Assembly (NCBI GenBank): GCA_965153355.1
Contig: OZ231126.1
Span: forward strand, 25,792,001-25,856,000
Direction of reading: 5' to 3'
DNA length: 64,000 bases
Source of the DNA: Flaccisagitta enflata
Taxonomy: Eukaryota
Positions within the stretch are counted from its first letter, which is position 1, and every line of letters begins with the position of its first letter. Shown in pieces: positions 13,541-27,549 of the stretch. Under the pieces are notes generated by a model that saw only the letters and a list, made by a program, of their open reading frames with translations, made no database searches and was not told the origin of the DNA. The position numbers were made by a program, and so were the translations under genes.

Positions 13541-15147
13541 TAGTTGCTAAAAATCTAGTGAGAAATTCAAAGCAGATTTTTTTGAAATTCCTCTCATCTC
13601 TCAATGGCTTGAGCTACAGATGCCTAATTGATCTCAATTCAAAGATATTTGCATTATCTTTCATTTAAAACCACTTTGAAGTCTATAGCTCAAGTTAATT
13701 GGAAATGAAAGCAATTTTAAAAGAATCGGTTGTGAAAATCAAACAAGATTTTAGGCTAAAACTGTAAATGATTGTTTTACATAAAATTGATGTTGCGGAT
13801 AAAGTATTCAAGCTACACCAATAAAAATTTTAATACAAAAAACGTCAAACACAGGACTATAAAAGAAAATTGATCTCAGACCATAGACATGATGCATATA
13901 GGAATGTGAGCTTGATACTTTTCCCACTTTGAGATTGATCACCCGGTACAAATATCTCATAAACCCTTACAACCATTCAAAGCGAAGCGCCTTGTTCCGC
14001 ATCCATCTAACGCTTTTGTAATCTTTAATCTTTACTCATCCTCATTCTCATCTTACTTAAACACCCTCCTACGCATCTAACGCGGATCCGTGTCCTTTTA
14101 TTCCAATCCAATTCTTCCAAAGCGTAGGTAGGATCTCACATCTCAACCTGAGATTCTTTAGTCGGTCTACCCTGACTCCTCGATATCCTGTAAATCAATC
14201 CAGTATTGAACTCTTTCACTGCCTACTATCAACATATTACCCTTTTCATAGCATAATCTTTTTCCGTTGCTATCTGCCCATTGCCTTATCAAATCCACTC
14301 TCAAAATTGTATGTCTTTCTTTAACAGCATTCACCCGGCTTCTGAAACTTTTTAAGTACCATATTTGCTTGCCATCCCTCCTTTTGCCAATTCCACTCTC
14401 CAGTCTATTTATCTTTCTTTCTTCTTTATCTACTTTTCTTTCGAAACTATCTACCTACCCTTCCATTGACAATTTAACCACCTACCCTTGTTCTTCCACC
14501 TCCCACTCATCCTCCCCTTCTGCCGGTTTTCGCTTTCATCCCCAATCTTGTTGGCGGCTGCGAGTTGTTTTGTCTCGACGGGTCCCTCGGCTCGGCTTCG
14601 CGTGAATGGGAGACGATGTCGACTGGGCGGAGGCGGATAAAGGAGACTGAGGAGGAAGAGGGGGAGGAAAGAGGGGAGGAAGAAGAAGTGGAAGAGATGG
14701 AGGAAAGAGAAGAGGGAGAAAAAGAGGAAAGGATGAGATGAAGGCAAGGAAGGAGAATGGAGGAAACAAAGGAGAGAAGTGGGGAGAGGCGATTGAAGAG
14801 GATTTGGGGGAGGAAGGAGAGGAGGGAGAAGAAGAGAAGGGGAAGGGAAGAGAAGAGGAAAAGAAGGGGGAAGGGAAGGAGGACTAAGGAAAGGGGGGGG
14901 GGGCTGATAAAGGAGATTAAAGAGCAACAAATGGAGGAAGGAGAAAAGAATGAAGACGAAGAGGGGGAAGGAGAAAAGGAGAGATAAGGAGAGGAGGAGG
15001 GAAATGCAAGAGGAGATGGCAAGAGAAGGAAGGCGGGTAGAGAATACTGAAGAGGAAAAGTGGGAAGAAGAAGAAGAAGAAGAAGGTGAAGAAGAAGAAG
15101 AAAAAGAAGAAGAAGAAAAAGAAAAAGAAAAAGAAAAAGAAAAAGAA

Positions 15148-16039
15148 CTAGTCATCCAAGGATCGCACATGGTCAGTAGGGTGACTGAAAATATGGTCAT
15201 ATTTTAATCTGGTCTCCCTCGCGGGAGAAATGATACCATTTCCATCACAGATGATAACCCTAAAATCTGGTGGCAATCAAATGAAGTTTACTCATGGCCG
15301 CAACCCCCCCTCATTTCCCATAGAAAATGTACAGGAAGGATTTTGGCCTCTGCAGCTTCCTATCTTTTATAATGGGAATGGGGTGGGGTTGCGGCCATGA
15401 GTAAACTTTGTCTGATCATCTCCAGATTTTAGAGTTACCATCTATGATGGAAATGGTCACATTTCTCCCGCAAGGAAGACGAGATTCGGACTTGACCATA
15501 TTTTAAGTCACCCTAATGGTCAGCGGTACCCGATGCCCTGCTGGAGTGATCAAGTTAAGTAGTGGAGTGAGAGCAGGGCAGCGGCCCCAAAGGGCCGATG
15601 TCCTGTAGGACACAGGGGTGAATTTCGAGACGTCCTGAGGCAGATTTGAAGTTGGGATGGCAGGATTTAGCCCAAAAGAGCAGATTTGAGGTTTGGGGGG
15701 CAGGCTTGAGGCCTAGAGGACAAATTTGAGGCCTGAAGGTTTGATTTGAGGCCTGAAGGGCTGATTTGAGGTCTGGAGGGCTGATTTGCGGTCTTGAGGG
15801 CATATATGAGGTCCGAAGAGCTGATTTGAGCTCTCAAGGGCTAAATTGAGGTCTGAAAGGGCTAATTTGATGGCTCAGGGGGCCAAAATCAGGCCTGAGA
15901 CTGCAGAATTGAGGCTTCGATGGCCAAGGGGGGGGGGATGGAAGGATGGAAGGACGGAAGGATGGAAGGACGGAAGGACGGACTTCTCGAAATTCCCCCC
16001 TGTGTCCTACAGGACATCGGCCCTTTGGGGCCGCTGCCC
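15148..16039 (-). mobile_element. Family A element (subfamily ending atcc-tt-ggat-ga-CTAG), interrupted by a hAT MITE
   Basis: Both inverted gggcagcggcccc units are present, with 21-bp central repeats. Inserted in a GAA/A-rich tract. Confidence 0.85.
15177..15515. mobile_element. hAT-like MITE (fold-back)
   Basis: TAGGGTGACT...AGTCACCCTA termini and 8-bp TSD atggtcag (15169-76, 15516-23). The two halves are long imperfect inverted repeats. Confidence 0.9.
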
Positions 16040-16244
16040 AAAAAGAAAAAGAAGAAGAAGAAGAAGAAGAAGAAGAAGAACAACAACAACAACAACAACA
16101 AGAACAAGAACGAGAAGAAGAAGAAGAAGAAGAAGACTCTGTTACTAGAAACAAAAAGAAAATTGCTCGAGAAAAAGATGCAGAAAATTAATCTGCAGAA
16201 TGATACGTAAAAAAAGGAAGAAGAAGTCAATGAAGAAAGGAGGA

Positions 16245-17045
16245 ATAGTCGCAAAAGCATTAGATGGTCAGCGGTACCCGTTGCCCCTATGTGATTATGT
16301 GTTGATGTGTGATGGTGAAAGGGGCAGCGGCCCCCAAGGGGCCGATGACCTATGCTCAGTATGTTTAGTGGATATAGGCTTAATTTGAGCATCCATTATG
16401 GGATTTGAACCTCAAGGCTGGGGTTTGAGCCTCAAGAATTGGATTTGAGCCTCAAGGCTGGGATTTAAGCCTCAAGTCTGGGATTTGAGCCTTAAGGCTG
16501 GGATTGGAGCCTCAAGGCTAGGATTTGAGCCTTGAGGTTTGGATTTTGAGCCTGGAGGTTGGGATTTGAGCCTGGAGGTTGGGATTTGAGCATAAAGGCT
16601 AGAATTTGGGCTTTGAGGTTAGAATTTTGGCCTCGAGGCTAGAATTTAGGCCTCGAGGTTAGAATTCAGGCCTCAAGGCTGGAATTTGGGCCTCAAGGCT
16701 AGAATTTGGGCCTCGAGGCTAGAATTGGGGCCTTGAGGCTAGGATTGGGGCCTTGAGGCTAGGATTGGGGCCTCGAGGCTAGGTTTTGGGCCTCGAGGCT
16801 AGGATTTGGGCCTCAAGGCAAGGATTTGGGCCTCGAGCCTAGGATTTAGGCCTTAAGGCTAGAATAAGAGCTTCAAAGGGGGTGGGCCGAGGAGAAGGAA
16901 TTGCGGCCAGATGGCCAGATTTTGAGCCTAGAGGCTGGATTCTGGGCTTTGAGGCTTGAGGTTTGAGGGGGTGGACGGAGAAGGAGGAGAAGAATTTTCT
17001 CCTGTGTGAAAGCATAGGTCATCGGCCCCTTTGGGTCCACTGCCC
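16245..17045 (-). mobile_element. Family A element with an expanded 20-bp minisatellite
   Basis: Tail aatagtcgcaaaagc, inverted end units, and more than 20 units of gggcctcgaggctaggattt-like repeat at about 16400-16870. Confidence 0.85.
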
Positions 17046-17197
17046 AAAAGGGAAAAAATTGTAAGAAAGAAAAGTGGAATAAGAGAAAAAAGAGAAAAAA
17101 GAGGAAGGAAGAGAAGAAAAGGGCGTGACTGTGGCGTCATGGCGCAGGGAGAGAAAAAAAGAGATAAACAACTTTTTAAAATTATACAAGAAGAAAC

Positions 17198-17279
<82 letters not shown>

Positions 17280-17620
17280 ACAGACTGACAGAAATAAAAA
17301 AAAAGTTGAAGACGAATAGAGTAGAATACAAGTTGATCAAGCACAAAAACAAAAGAATAAAGGCATTCAAGCAGGCAGACAGCCCAGAGGACCATGTCTC
17401 TTTGTAATTAGTTGAAATGAAATGTATTTGGTTGTATCGAATTTTATTGTGTTGATGAAAGTGGCGCCCATGACTCAGGGCAAAACAAAAGAACAAATTA
17501 AAAGCACGGATTCAACGTTTCTCCCTTTTAAAGCAACAAAGAAATTAAACAAGTAAAAAAAAAGATAAAGGGACAATAGAAAAGGGAGGAAAAAGCAAGA
17601 GAAAATAAAATTAGACAGTG

Positions 17621-17702
<82 letters not shown>

Positions 17703-18080
17703 GCAGGCAGACACACACACACAGATAGACACACAAGGGGGTGACTGAAAGACGGACAGAGACAGAGACGAAGGTGGGTCAGGGGGACTGGGACAACCCT
17801 TTTGCAAAGGCGATGTAGTGAAAGGGGAGCGGAGAAACGAACGGACAGACAGACAGACAGAAACCGGAATGTATAGATAACCATAACAAAAGATCTCGCT
17901 GTGGCGCGGCGCGTCACATTCTCGAGTCTCTGCGCATGCGTGAAAACAAAAACGCAAAGCCTTAGAATTATTCTCCGCGGCTGAGTGACGCCGAGGTTTA
18001 GTATCGCCGCCTCGTGGCCACCGAGGAGAAGCAGAGCAGAAATAAAAGGGAAAATAAAATTGAAAGCGAATGGAGTCGAG

Positions 18081-18178
<98 letters not shown>

Positions 18179-20083
18179 ACGGACAAGCATGGTCAGCGAC
18201 ATACAGATAGGTGGACAAAATGTAAAAACAGAAGGTAGACCCTAGACAACTAGACCAGGGGATCTCGATGTGAGGTGACAAAGGCATGAGAAAATTGGAA
18301 AGGAATAAAGGGATGGCAAAAAATCAAATGAGAAAGTGGAACAGTAAAAGAACAATGAAAATTGAAAAAATGAGATGCAAAAGAAACGGAAAACGAAAAG
18401 TAAAGAAAAAAAGAAAGGAAAAGAAAAGAATAAAAAAGAAAAGAAAAGAAAAGAAAAGAAAAGAAAAGAAAAGAAAAGAAAAGAAAAGAAAAGAAAAGTA
18501 AAGGTTCAAGGGAGAATAATTCATAGTCTTTTCTTCTATCTCCGTCTTCTCTATGAACTCCCGAGAGATGTGCATAAACACGAAACAGTCGCGTTTCTCC
18601 TTCATGTTGGCAATCTCTGTGAATCTACGTCATCGTCACACAATTACTCCGTCATGAATGATATTCATAGATGTGTCGTGTTCGTGTTGGGTATTTTGAA
18701 TGATATTTTAAAGCAAGTATCGCTCAAGGCATGCTAACGCATTTATCTCTCTTATCTGGGGTTTGAATCCAAAACCATCTTAAAACTTGGAGGCATCTTT
18801 ATTTATCTTTATTTGTTGAGAAATGGTTTCGCTCCGATAATCAACTAGTCAAAGTCTATAATTGCGTGTGAGAGGGATGGGGGGTTGGGGTAAAGGCAGT
18901 GATTTATCAGCCACTTTGGTCACTGAGCAAGGGCAGTGATGCAAAAAACTGCTTGCAATGAGACAAAAAGTCCGGCTGACCGACAGATAGACAGATGTAC
19001 GAACACAGCGCTTTTTCTTTTGCTGCTCTTATTTTAGAAGTTGAACACAGCAACGGAGGGCTCAGAAGTTTGTGCTCTGAGGGAAGTTCTTAACCCGATC
19101 CTGACTAACCCATCCTATTCTACGAATGAATAACATGTTGACAACTCATTGAATAGAAAACCTTTCTTTCACGAGAGGATCAATCAATGATATCATAGAA
19201 AAGCGTTTGTTTTCATTCTAATGTTGAAGGAATGATTTTGGAGGTAAATATTCTAGTATGAATCTTAACTTGACAGCACAGATTTCTCTTCGGAATCTAA
19301 AGAGACCTGGCGACCATCTACGGACACTAGGCAACGATTTGTTCTTCTTGATTCCTTGTTATTTATTTTTTCATTTTATGACATCTTCACTTTGATTTCT
19401 TCTTTATCCGTATGAAAGTTGGAAAACATTACTACTCAACCCTACCTTACTTAAGGATGAGAGCAACTATCCTTACTAATGAAAAACAACCAAGTCTATC
19501 ATGAAATCGTTCAAAAAAAAAATAATAATCCAACCAAACAGAAAAAAATCAATGATTTTAACCTGTTTGCTACAAGTAAGTGCCAATGACAAGAAAGAGT
19601 GCCAGATGAGTGTGCTGAACCGGTGGGGCCTAATCCAAAGTCCCTCACATCCGTCTGATCTTCCCATTGTAAAAGGCTCATGCAACCCACAACTTAAAAT
19701 CAAAATTTTTTCCACTGATTGAGACCATTTTCTCAAACATTCCATGTCAACCCAAAATAAGAAGATGCAAAGTATGTACGATATTCCTTCGTTACAATTT
19801 GTTTTCCCCTTTTCAGTCGGTTTGCAATCTGTTCTCCCCCAATCATTCACCATTCCTCACTTCGCGCTCCTTTTCTCCAGATATCAGATTTATACTCGCG
19901 TTTATTTGTCCTTTTGTTTCAATTTGGGTTCCCAGATTCCCCTTCCTCTTTCTTTTCTCATTCTTTCTACTTTTCCCCTTTCTTTTTTTATCGGGTTTCT
20001 TGTCGTGTTTTTCTGATTTCTTCCTTCCTTCTTTCTGTCTTTCTTTCTTTCATTTTTTTTTTCTTTTTTTTTCTTTCTGTCAT

Positions 20084-20855
<772 letters not shown>

Positions 20856-20859
20856 TTTT

Positions 20860-21335
20860 GGGCAGCGGCCCCGAAGGGGACAAAGTCCTGTAGAACACAG
20901 GGGGACTTTCGTTCGTCATTCCGTCCGTCCGTTCGTCCGTTTGTCCGTGCGTCCCCCCCAGGCCCTCTCAGGCCTGAAATCTGCCCTATCAGGCCTTGAA
21001 TCTGCCCTCTCAGGCCTGAAATCTGCCCTCTCAGGCCTGAAATCTGTCCTCTCAGGCCTGAAATCTGTCCTCTCAGGCCTGAAATCTGCCCTCACAGATT
21101 CAATCTGATAGGAATTTCAGGCCTGAGAAAGGAGGCTGAGACAGATTTCAGGCCTGACCTGAAACGGACGGATGGACGGGGACGGACAGATGGAATGACG
21201 AAGAAAGTCCCCCTGTGTTCTACAGGACTTCGTCCCCTTCGGGGCCGCTGCCCTGCTTCCTCTCACTCCATTTCGCAATCACGCAAAGCAGGGCAACGGG
21301 TATCGCTGACCACATATTGCCCTTGGGCGACCTGT
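20860..21335 (+). mobile_element. Family A element inserted in the (TTTC)n tract
   Basis: Inverted end units, 21-bp repeats ctcaggcctgaaatctgccct, tail ending gccc-tt-gggc-ga-cctg. Same subfamily as 60091-60453. Confidence 0.85.
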
Positions 21336-21336
21336 T

Positions 21337-21396
<60 letters not shown>

Positions 21397-21400
21397 TTTT

Positions 21401-21447
<47 letters not shown>

Positions 21448-21526
21448 GTCTTTCTTTCTTTCTTCTTTCTTTCTTTCTTTCTTTTTTGTTTGTTTGTTTG
21501 TTTGTTTGTTTCTCTTTTTTCTTGTT

Positions 21527-21566
<40 letters not shown>

Positions 21567-22045
21567 TCGTTCGTTCTTTCCTTCTGTCTGTCTGTCCGTC
21601 AGTGTGTTTATATTTCTTCCCTCGTTTGCTGTCTTTTTTGTATTTTCATTCCCCAATTTTTCTCTCTTCATCTTGATACCCGCCATCTTCCCCTTCTCTC
21701 CCTACCTACTTACCCCCACTCCCCCCCCTCCTCCTTTCTCCCCCTTTCTCTCTCTTTCCTCCATTGCTTCCTCCTCTTCCTTGTTCTCCGCCCCTCGACC
21801 TCGATGGCGGAATTTCATCCGAAAGAAACCTCATCAGGTTCCTTTCCTCCTCATCCTTCACCTCCTCTTCCCCCTTCCTCCTTCTCCTCTTCCTCCTCCT
21901 CTTCCTCCTCATCAGGTTCTCCTTTTCAAGATTCTTTTGTGTTGTTCGACCTCTGACTTTCCTTTTGGTTTTGTTCGAAGGAAGGATAAAGGAGAGAAGG
22001 AGAGAAGGAGAGAGTGAGAGAAAAGGAGAGAGAGAGAGAGAGAGA

Positions 22046-22093
<48 letters not shown>

Positions 22094-22934
22094 ATGAAAG
22101 AATGAATGAATGAATGAATGAATGAATGAATGAATGAATGAAAGAATGAATGAATGAATGAATGAATGATGGAAAGAAAGAAAGGAAAAAAGAAACAAAC
22201 AGAAAAGAAAACTTAAAGATGAAACGAAGATGAGAAAGACAGACGGACAGTTGAACAGATAGATAGTTGGACTAGGTGACTAATTCCGGACCGGTTGATC
22301 TAATCGTTAGTCACTACATTATCAAAGGTCATGAATATTGAATATTGGTTACTTATCTAGAGTGTTACTTTCAACATTTACCATCGTCCCTTAGCAACTC
22401 AATTGCTAGTGCGCATTGCTTTTGTTTGCATGCTCTTTCTTTGATTGCTTGAATTTCATGTCAATACAGTGATTTCACCCAATTCGTCCCTAAATACAAA
22501 CCAGTACTACCGCTGAAGCGCACTGCGCAGAGGAGAACTCCCCTCCCCCTACCCTCAGCTACTTTTACTCCTCGCCTCTCTTCATCCCACTTTTTCCACC
22601 GTGTATGGTCCAACCTAACTCCTTAGGAATTCCCGGCATAAGATTCGGTCTTTTTTTCTTTATCCTGTTAGGTAAATCTCGTCGGCGACGACATGATTAC
22701 TTCTCGATTCCTCCGCCGAGACCCCAGAGGTTGGATCAAAATCTTTGCCATCGTCGCCACCGCTTCAGTGCGATACAGTCGCCGTTGTTGTTATTGTTTC
22801 AGCGATACAGTCACCGTCGCTCACTTCGCCGCCTAATAGCGCTATTATTGTCGCTGTTGCTTCCTTTTCGAGCCATGTACGTAGTTCACTCGCTTAAATG
22901 TAGTCGCCACCGCCTTGTGTAGCCGATATGGATT

Positions 22935-24003
22935 TTTAGTCGCGTGCACGCATGGGGGCTGCATGGGGGGCTTGTGAGGGGGGGGCGGGGGGGGAAGATT
23001 TGTAAGAGGGGGGCTGCTTGACTTAAGATCAATATTGATAATAGGGACTGCCAGGTGGCTGCTCAGTCTATCCCAGTGTTTTTAAGGGGGTGAGTCTGCT
23101 GGGGGGCTGCTGGTTCTATCCCCAGAGTTGTAAGAGGGGCTGCTTGGCATAAGAACAATATTGATTATGGGGGCTGTCTGGGGGGCTGCTGAGTCTATCC
23201 CAATCTTAGTAGTGGGGGGCTACTGGGAGGCTGTTGCATGTTGGCCCAATCCCAGAGTTGTAAGTGTCTTGTCATTCAAGCCTCATTTGCATAATGCTGT
23301 CAAATCAAAGTTGTGGTTAATACACTATAGCATTTTAAAACAAACAAGTTTGATCATGGCTCATACATTTAAGTACATGCTATCTGAAATAGAACATGAT
23401 GTCAAATTTCTTCGTTTTTTCATCCCAAAACAAAAAAAAACGTCTGAGTTGAATATTCAGTTTCCTAGCCATATCAGCATGAGATAGCAGGTTAAAAATA
23501 TACACTTCGAACTGGCCCAGTTTCAACTCAAGCCTTGAAATTCACCTGATCTGAATACGAGAAAAGTCATTTGGATATTAGATACTAATCTAGATAATCT
23601 AGGAAAAAAATCTAGATATTCCAGCTCAAATCTAGAAACCTAAAGTAGTGGCTTCAAATCATTCATTTTAGTATGCTTAACTACTTTTTAAGCCGATGAA
23701 ATTCAAATCTGGGCTTGGAAAATGAACTTGATATTATCACTAAGCATGTGTATATCATTTATATAAGATTATTTGTTTGTAAATCAGCTAATTAATTTAT
23801 TAGATAATGCAGATTGAGCAAAAGTTTCTTTTTTTCTGGGCCCTATTGCCTCTGTCCAACTGCAACCGTCTGCCTACTAGCCAAACATTCAGTGTTCTTT
23901 AAATTGAATTAACATTTTTATGAAAAATAACATTGGAATGAATGACAGAAAAAAAACCTCACTGCTCTTGTCCAATGCTCTAGTGCTGTATATTTGGCCT
24001 TGT
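22935..24003 (+). mobile_element. Probable family B element with internal GGGGCTGCT repeats or insertions
   Basis: tttagtcgcgtgcacgc start and a degenerate tggccttgtt end. Internal boundaries are uncertain. Confidence 0.45.
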
Positions 24004-25038
24004 TTTAGATGAAAATAGCCAAAAAGAAACATTTGGGACTAATCACAACGTTCTAACCATTCTCACCCTCATTATGCCAAATTAAGTGGTACTTGTAGGG
24101 ACTGGCTCATTTTCAATTTTAAAACATAGGAGATGCTGGAGGCCAAAATACTTTCAGCACATTTACACTGGGATATAAGGAGGGTAGCGGATGTAAGTAA
24201 AACAATCATGAGGCTGTAAAACTTAACAATTCTTCTTCTCTAATGTACAGAGATAATCCCTGCTGTTACAAGCCAATCTGTCTCCATAAGTATTTAATGG
24301 CCAAGTCTTTGCTCAAAACCTCTTAGCATTATTGAGTTATGAGCTCCATAGTTAGGTTATAGACAAAACAACTTTTTGCCTCTTATGCCCAATAACTCAT
24401 TGCAACATCTACTACATTAGTCAATCTTTTGCAGGACATCGCCTTGTTGCGTTTTTTTACCAGACATAACTATACAAATTGATTTCTTTAGTAAAACACT
24501 AATTGGATACTAATCTAGATACTAGCGAAAAAAAATCTAGATACTTTTTGGATACTTTTGGGGGCTCTTTAGGATACTGAGCCTCCGCTACATGTGGCGA
24601 CCAAGCTTGAAACCCACCGGTTCCAATTCAAGCCTTAGAACCCACTAGATTCACCCCTAGCCTTGAAACCCACCAGTTTCAATTCAAGCCTCAGAACCCA
24701 CAATCTTTTGGGCTGTCAATTGCTTACTTTTCTGGCCATAGCTCACTCGCTTAAATGTGGTTGCCACCGCCTTAATACGATACAGCCGCCGTCGCTTACT
24801 TCATTTTCTTTAGTTCACTAATTTAGCCTTAACCGTGGTCGCCTAACTACAAAGCGGATGCCGTCGCTTTACACCTGCGCTTTGGTCGTATTTTCAGGTG
24901 ATCTGTATTTCAATTTTTAGGTGGTGGAAGAGCTGCCCTAAAGATGGACTGACGGCTGATAAAAAAAATGCTCTTTTTTAATCCCCAAAGGTTGTAACAC
25001 CTGGAATAGGCAGGGTGGGTTTGAAAGGTGAGTAATAG

Positions 25039-25102
<64 letters not shown>

Positions 25103-25224
25103 GTCGGACTAAGATTAGCTGGCGGACTTGAAATGGGGGCTGATAGCTCAAAGCATCTCTCCCCCCCCATTTTCATAGGCTTAACAAAACACCAGCTCAC
25201 CCCCTACGCTCAACAACATGCATT

Positions 25225-25465
25225 CCCGACGCATACCTGCCACGCCCTTACAATGCCTGCCGCCCTACTTGTGCACTCAGCCTGCCGCCCTGCACGCGCC
25301 CTTGGCCTGCCATCTTGCTCACAAACTATTCCTGCCGCCCCTTTGCACACTGAGCCTGCCGCCCTGCTTTCGCCCTCAGCCTGCCACCCCACTCTTGCCC
25401 TTAGCCTGCCACCTTGCTCACGAACTCTGCCTGTCGCCCCTTTGCACGCTCAGCCTGCCGCGCAA
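25225..25465. repeat. GC-rich ~20-24 bp minisatellite (gcctgccgccc core)
   Basis: About 9-10 degenerate tandem units. Confidence 0.8.
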
Positions 25466-26085
25466 GGTTTAAAATTCTGGATTTTTTTCCTGAGATTAGA
25501 TTTAAATTGGAGAAAAGACCCGTCTGCGGGTTTGAAGGCTTTCAGGAAGGCGTCCTTTGCTCCCTCAAGGATTTGTCATTGCGCGAGTGCTGCTGTTGTC
25601 GCGGTAGACGCTGCGTCTACAGCAGTTGATGCTGTTGCTGCTGATGCGGCTGTCGTCGTTGTCGTCTTGGGGAAACAGTGAGAAGGAAAGGGAGGCGCGA
25701 GAGGTGACGCGAGAGCGACAAGGACTTTTTTGAATAGGTCAAACTCGAGGTCGCTGAATCAAGAAAGAGAAGAAGGAGAGAGAGAAAGAAGATGGAGAAA
25801 AGAAACACTTCGAGATTTTAGGGGAGTGACGGAGGGGGGGGGGAGTAGAAGAGAAAGGATGAAAAAAAGAGATATCTAGATTCTCTAGACTAGAGAGCAG
25901 TAGAAATAGACAAAGAGAAACTAATAAACAGAGGGTCAGATAGATAGACAGCAGATAGACCTACAAATGGTTGAATAGAATGAAAGGCAGACTTACTAGC
26001 AGACCAACGGATTGACAGAGAGACAAGAATAGACCGAATGTTCGATAAAATAAGTGAACTACAGAATGACGGAATTCCGCTTATA

Positions 26086-26782
26086 CAGTATGTTTTTTTT
26101 CGTTTGTAATATTCTATGACGACGTAACTTTTAAAGTAGTTGAGATAATTGATTTCCTTAAAAAGTTCCTGAGAGGTATAGTAGATGCATTTTATGTTAT
26201 TCAACATATCTGGAACAAGATGTCATCATATCCAAATCATTTCTTTTTTTTGCAAAAACTTGTCAAATGGACTGTTTACCTTTATATCACTCTCATTTTG
26301 AAACGGTTTGAGCTACTGACACCAGATTGGTCAGTTGAAAGGCTCATGTGATGTTTTTGATTGCGTGAACAATGAATCAACTCTTGATCAAAATTTTGAT
26401 TGAGTAACAAATTTTCTTAACGCTTAATGTGGCTTACTATTGAAAAAAAAGATTTTCCTTATTGTATTTCTTAAAACTACTGTTAATTAGCTTTAATTTG
26501 AGACCAATCTGGGATCTGTAGCTGAATTCATCCAGAAATAAGAGCAACTCAAACAAAAATCTTCAGCCAAAAACCTAAAATAATGACATTTTTTTCCTGT
26601 TTTTGATTAATTCTTCTGCTTGTGTCCAGAGGTTCAGATTTTTGGAAAAAAGTCCTGGGAGTTAAACACATCATAAAATGCATCTACCATACCTTTTAGG
26701 AACTTTTTACGGAAATCAATTATCTCAACTACTTTAAGAGCAATGTCGTCATAGAATATTACAAACAAAAAAAAACATACTG
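26086..26782. mobile_element. Tc1/mariner/pogo-type MITE with ~110-bp TIRs
   Basis: TA-cagtatgttttttttcgtttgtaatattctatgacgac ... gtcgtcatagaatattacaaacaaaaaaaaacatactg-TA. Confidence 0.9.
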
Positions 26783-26824
26783 TAATTGATGCAAATTCAT
26801 AGTCCCTTCAACTTGTTGCTTTTT

Positions 26825-27294
26825 GGGCAGCGGCCCCGAAAGGGGTCGATGACCTATGCTTTCACACATATGGGGAATTTTCTCCTCCTACTTCTACTTC
26901 TCCTTCTTCTTCTTCCCCCCCCCCCCCTCAAATCCCAGTCTCGATGCCCAAATTCCAGTCTCGAGGCCCAAATCCAAGTCTTGAGGCCAAAATCCTAGCC
27001 TTGAGGCTAAAATCCTATCCTAGGGGCTAAAATCCTAGCCTGGAGGCCCAGATCCTAGCCTTGAGACCCGAATCTCAGCCTTGAGGTCCAAATCCCAGCC
27101 AAAAGGCCCTATCCCAGGAGGGGGAGGAGGAGGAGGAGGAGGAGGAGGAGGAGGAGGAGAAAATTCCTCAAATGTGTGAAAGCATAGGTCATCGACGCCT
27201 TCGGGGCCGCTGCCCTGCTCCCCCCTCAAGTTCAAGCACAGCCTACTCAGGCAGGGCACGGGCACCACTGACCATCTGACGCTTTTGCGACTAT
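26825..27294 (+). mobile_element. Family A element (subfamily ending cgc-tttt-gcg-a-CTAT)
   Basis: Inverted end units with the cgatgacctatgctttcac variant and 20-bp central repeats. Same subfamily as 16245. Confidence 0.85.
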
Positions 27295-27486
27295 TATTTC
27301 CTGTACTGGCCACAACAGAATTCCTCATATGACTGATGAGATTTTTAAGTCGCTTGAAATCCATTAGCTATAGAGCGAGAATAAACTGTATTTTCATGAG
27401 TTTTTAAGAAAAACTTCATATTGAACGCCAGGTAGGGTACGGTACGGTAGAGACAGAAAGACAGAAAGACAGACAGACAGACAGTC

Positions 27487-27517
<31 letters not shown>

Positions 27518-27518
27518 A

Positions 27519-27549
<31 letters not shown>

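Larger units (their letters stand above)
12139..13946. mobile_element. Tc1/mariner-type element with long (~185 bp) imperfect TIRs; outer layer of a nest
   Basis: TA-cagggtgatcaatctcaaagtgggaaaagtat ... atacttttcccactttgagattgatcacccgg-TA. Inverted similarity extends to about 12327 and 13757. Confidence 0.9.

Noticed and set aside
25028-25681. 217-aa Pro/Ala-rich ORF
   Set aside because: Runs through (GA)n and a GC-rich minisatellite, with no domain or splice support.
26825-26882. Hammerhead-ribozyme-like look of the family A end unit (hairpin-CGATGA-hairpin-GGAA)
   Set aside because: The core is HCGAWGW rather than CUGANGA, there is no GAAA, and no UH cleavage triplet or stem III can be formed. 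The unit occurs inverted at both ends, which fits a DNA end signal better.
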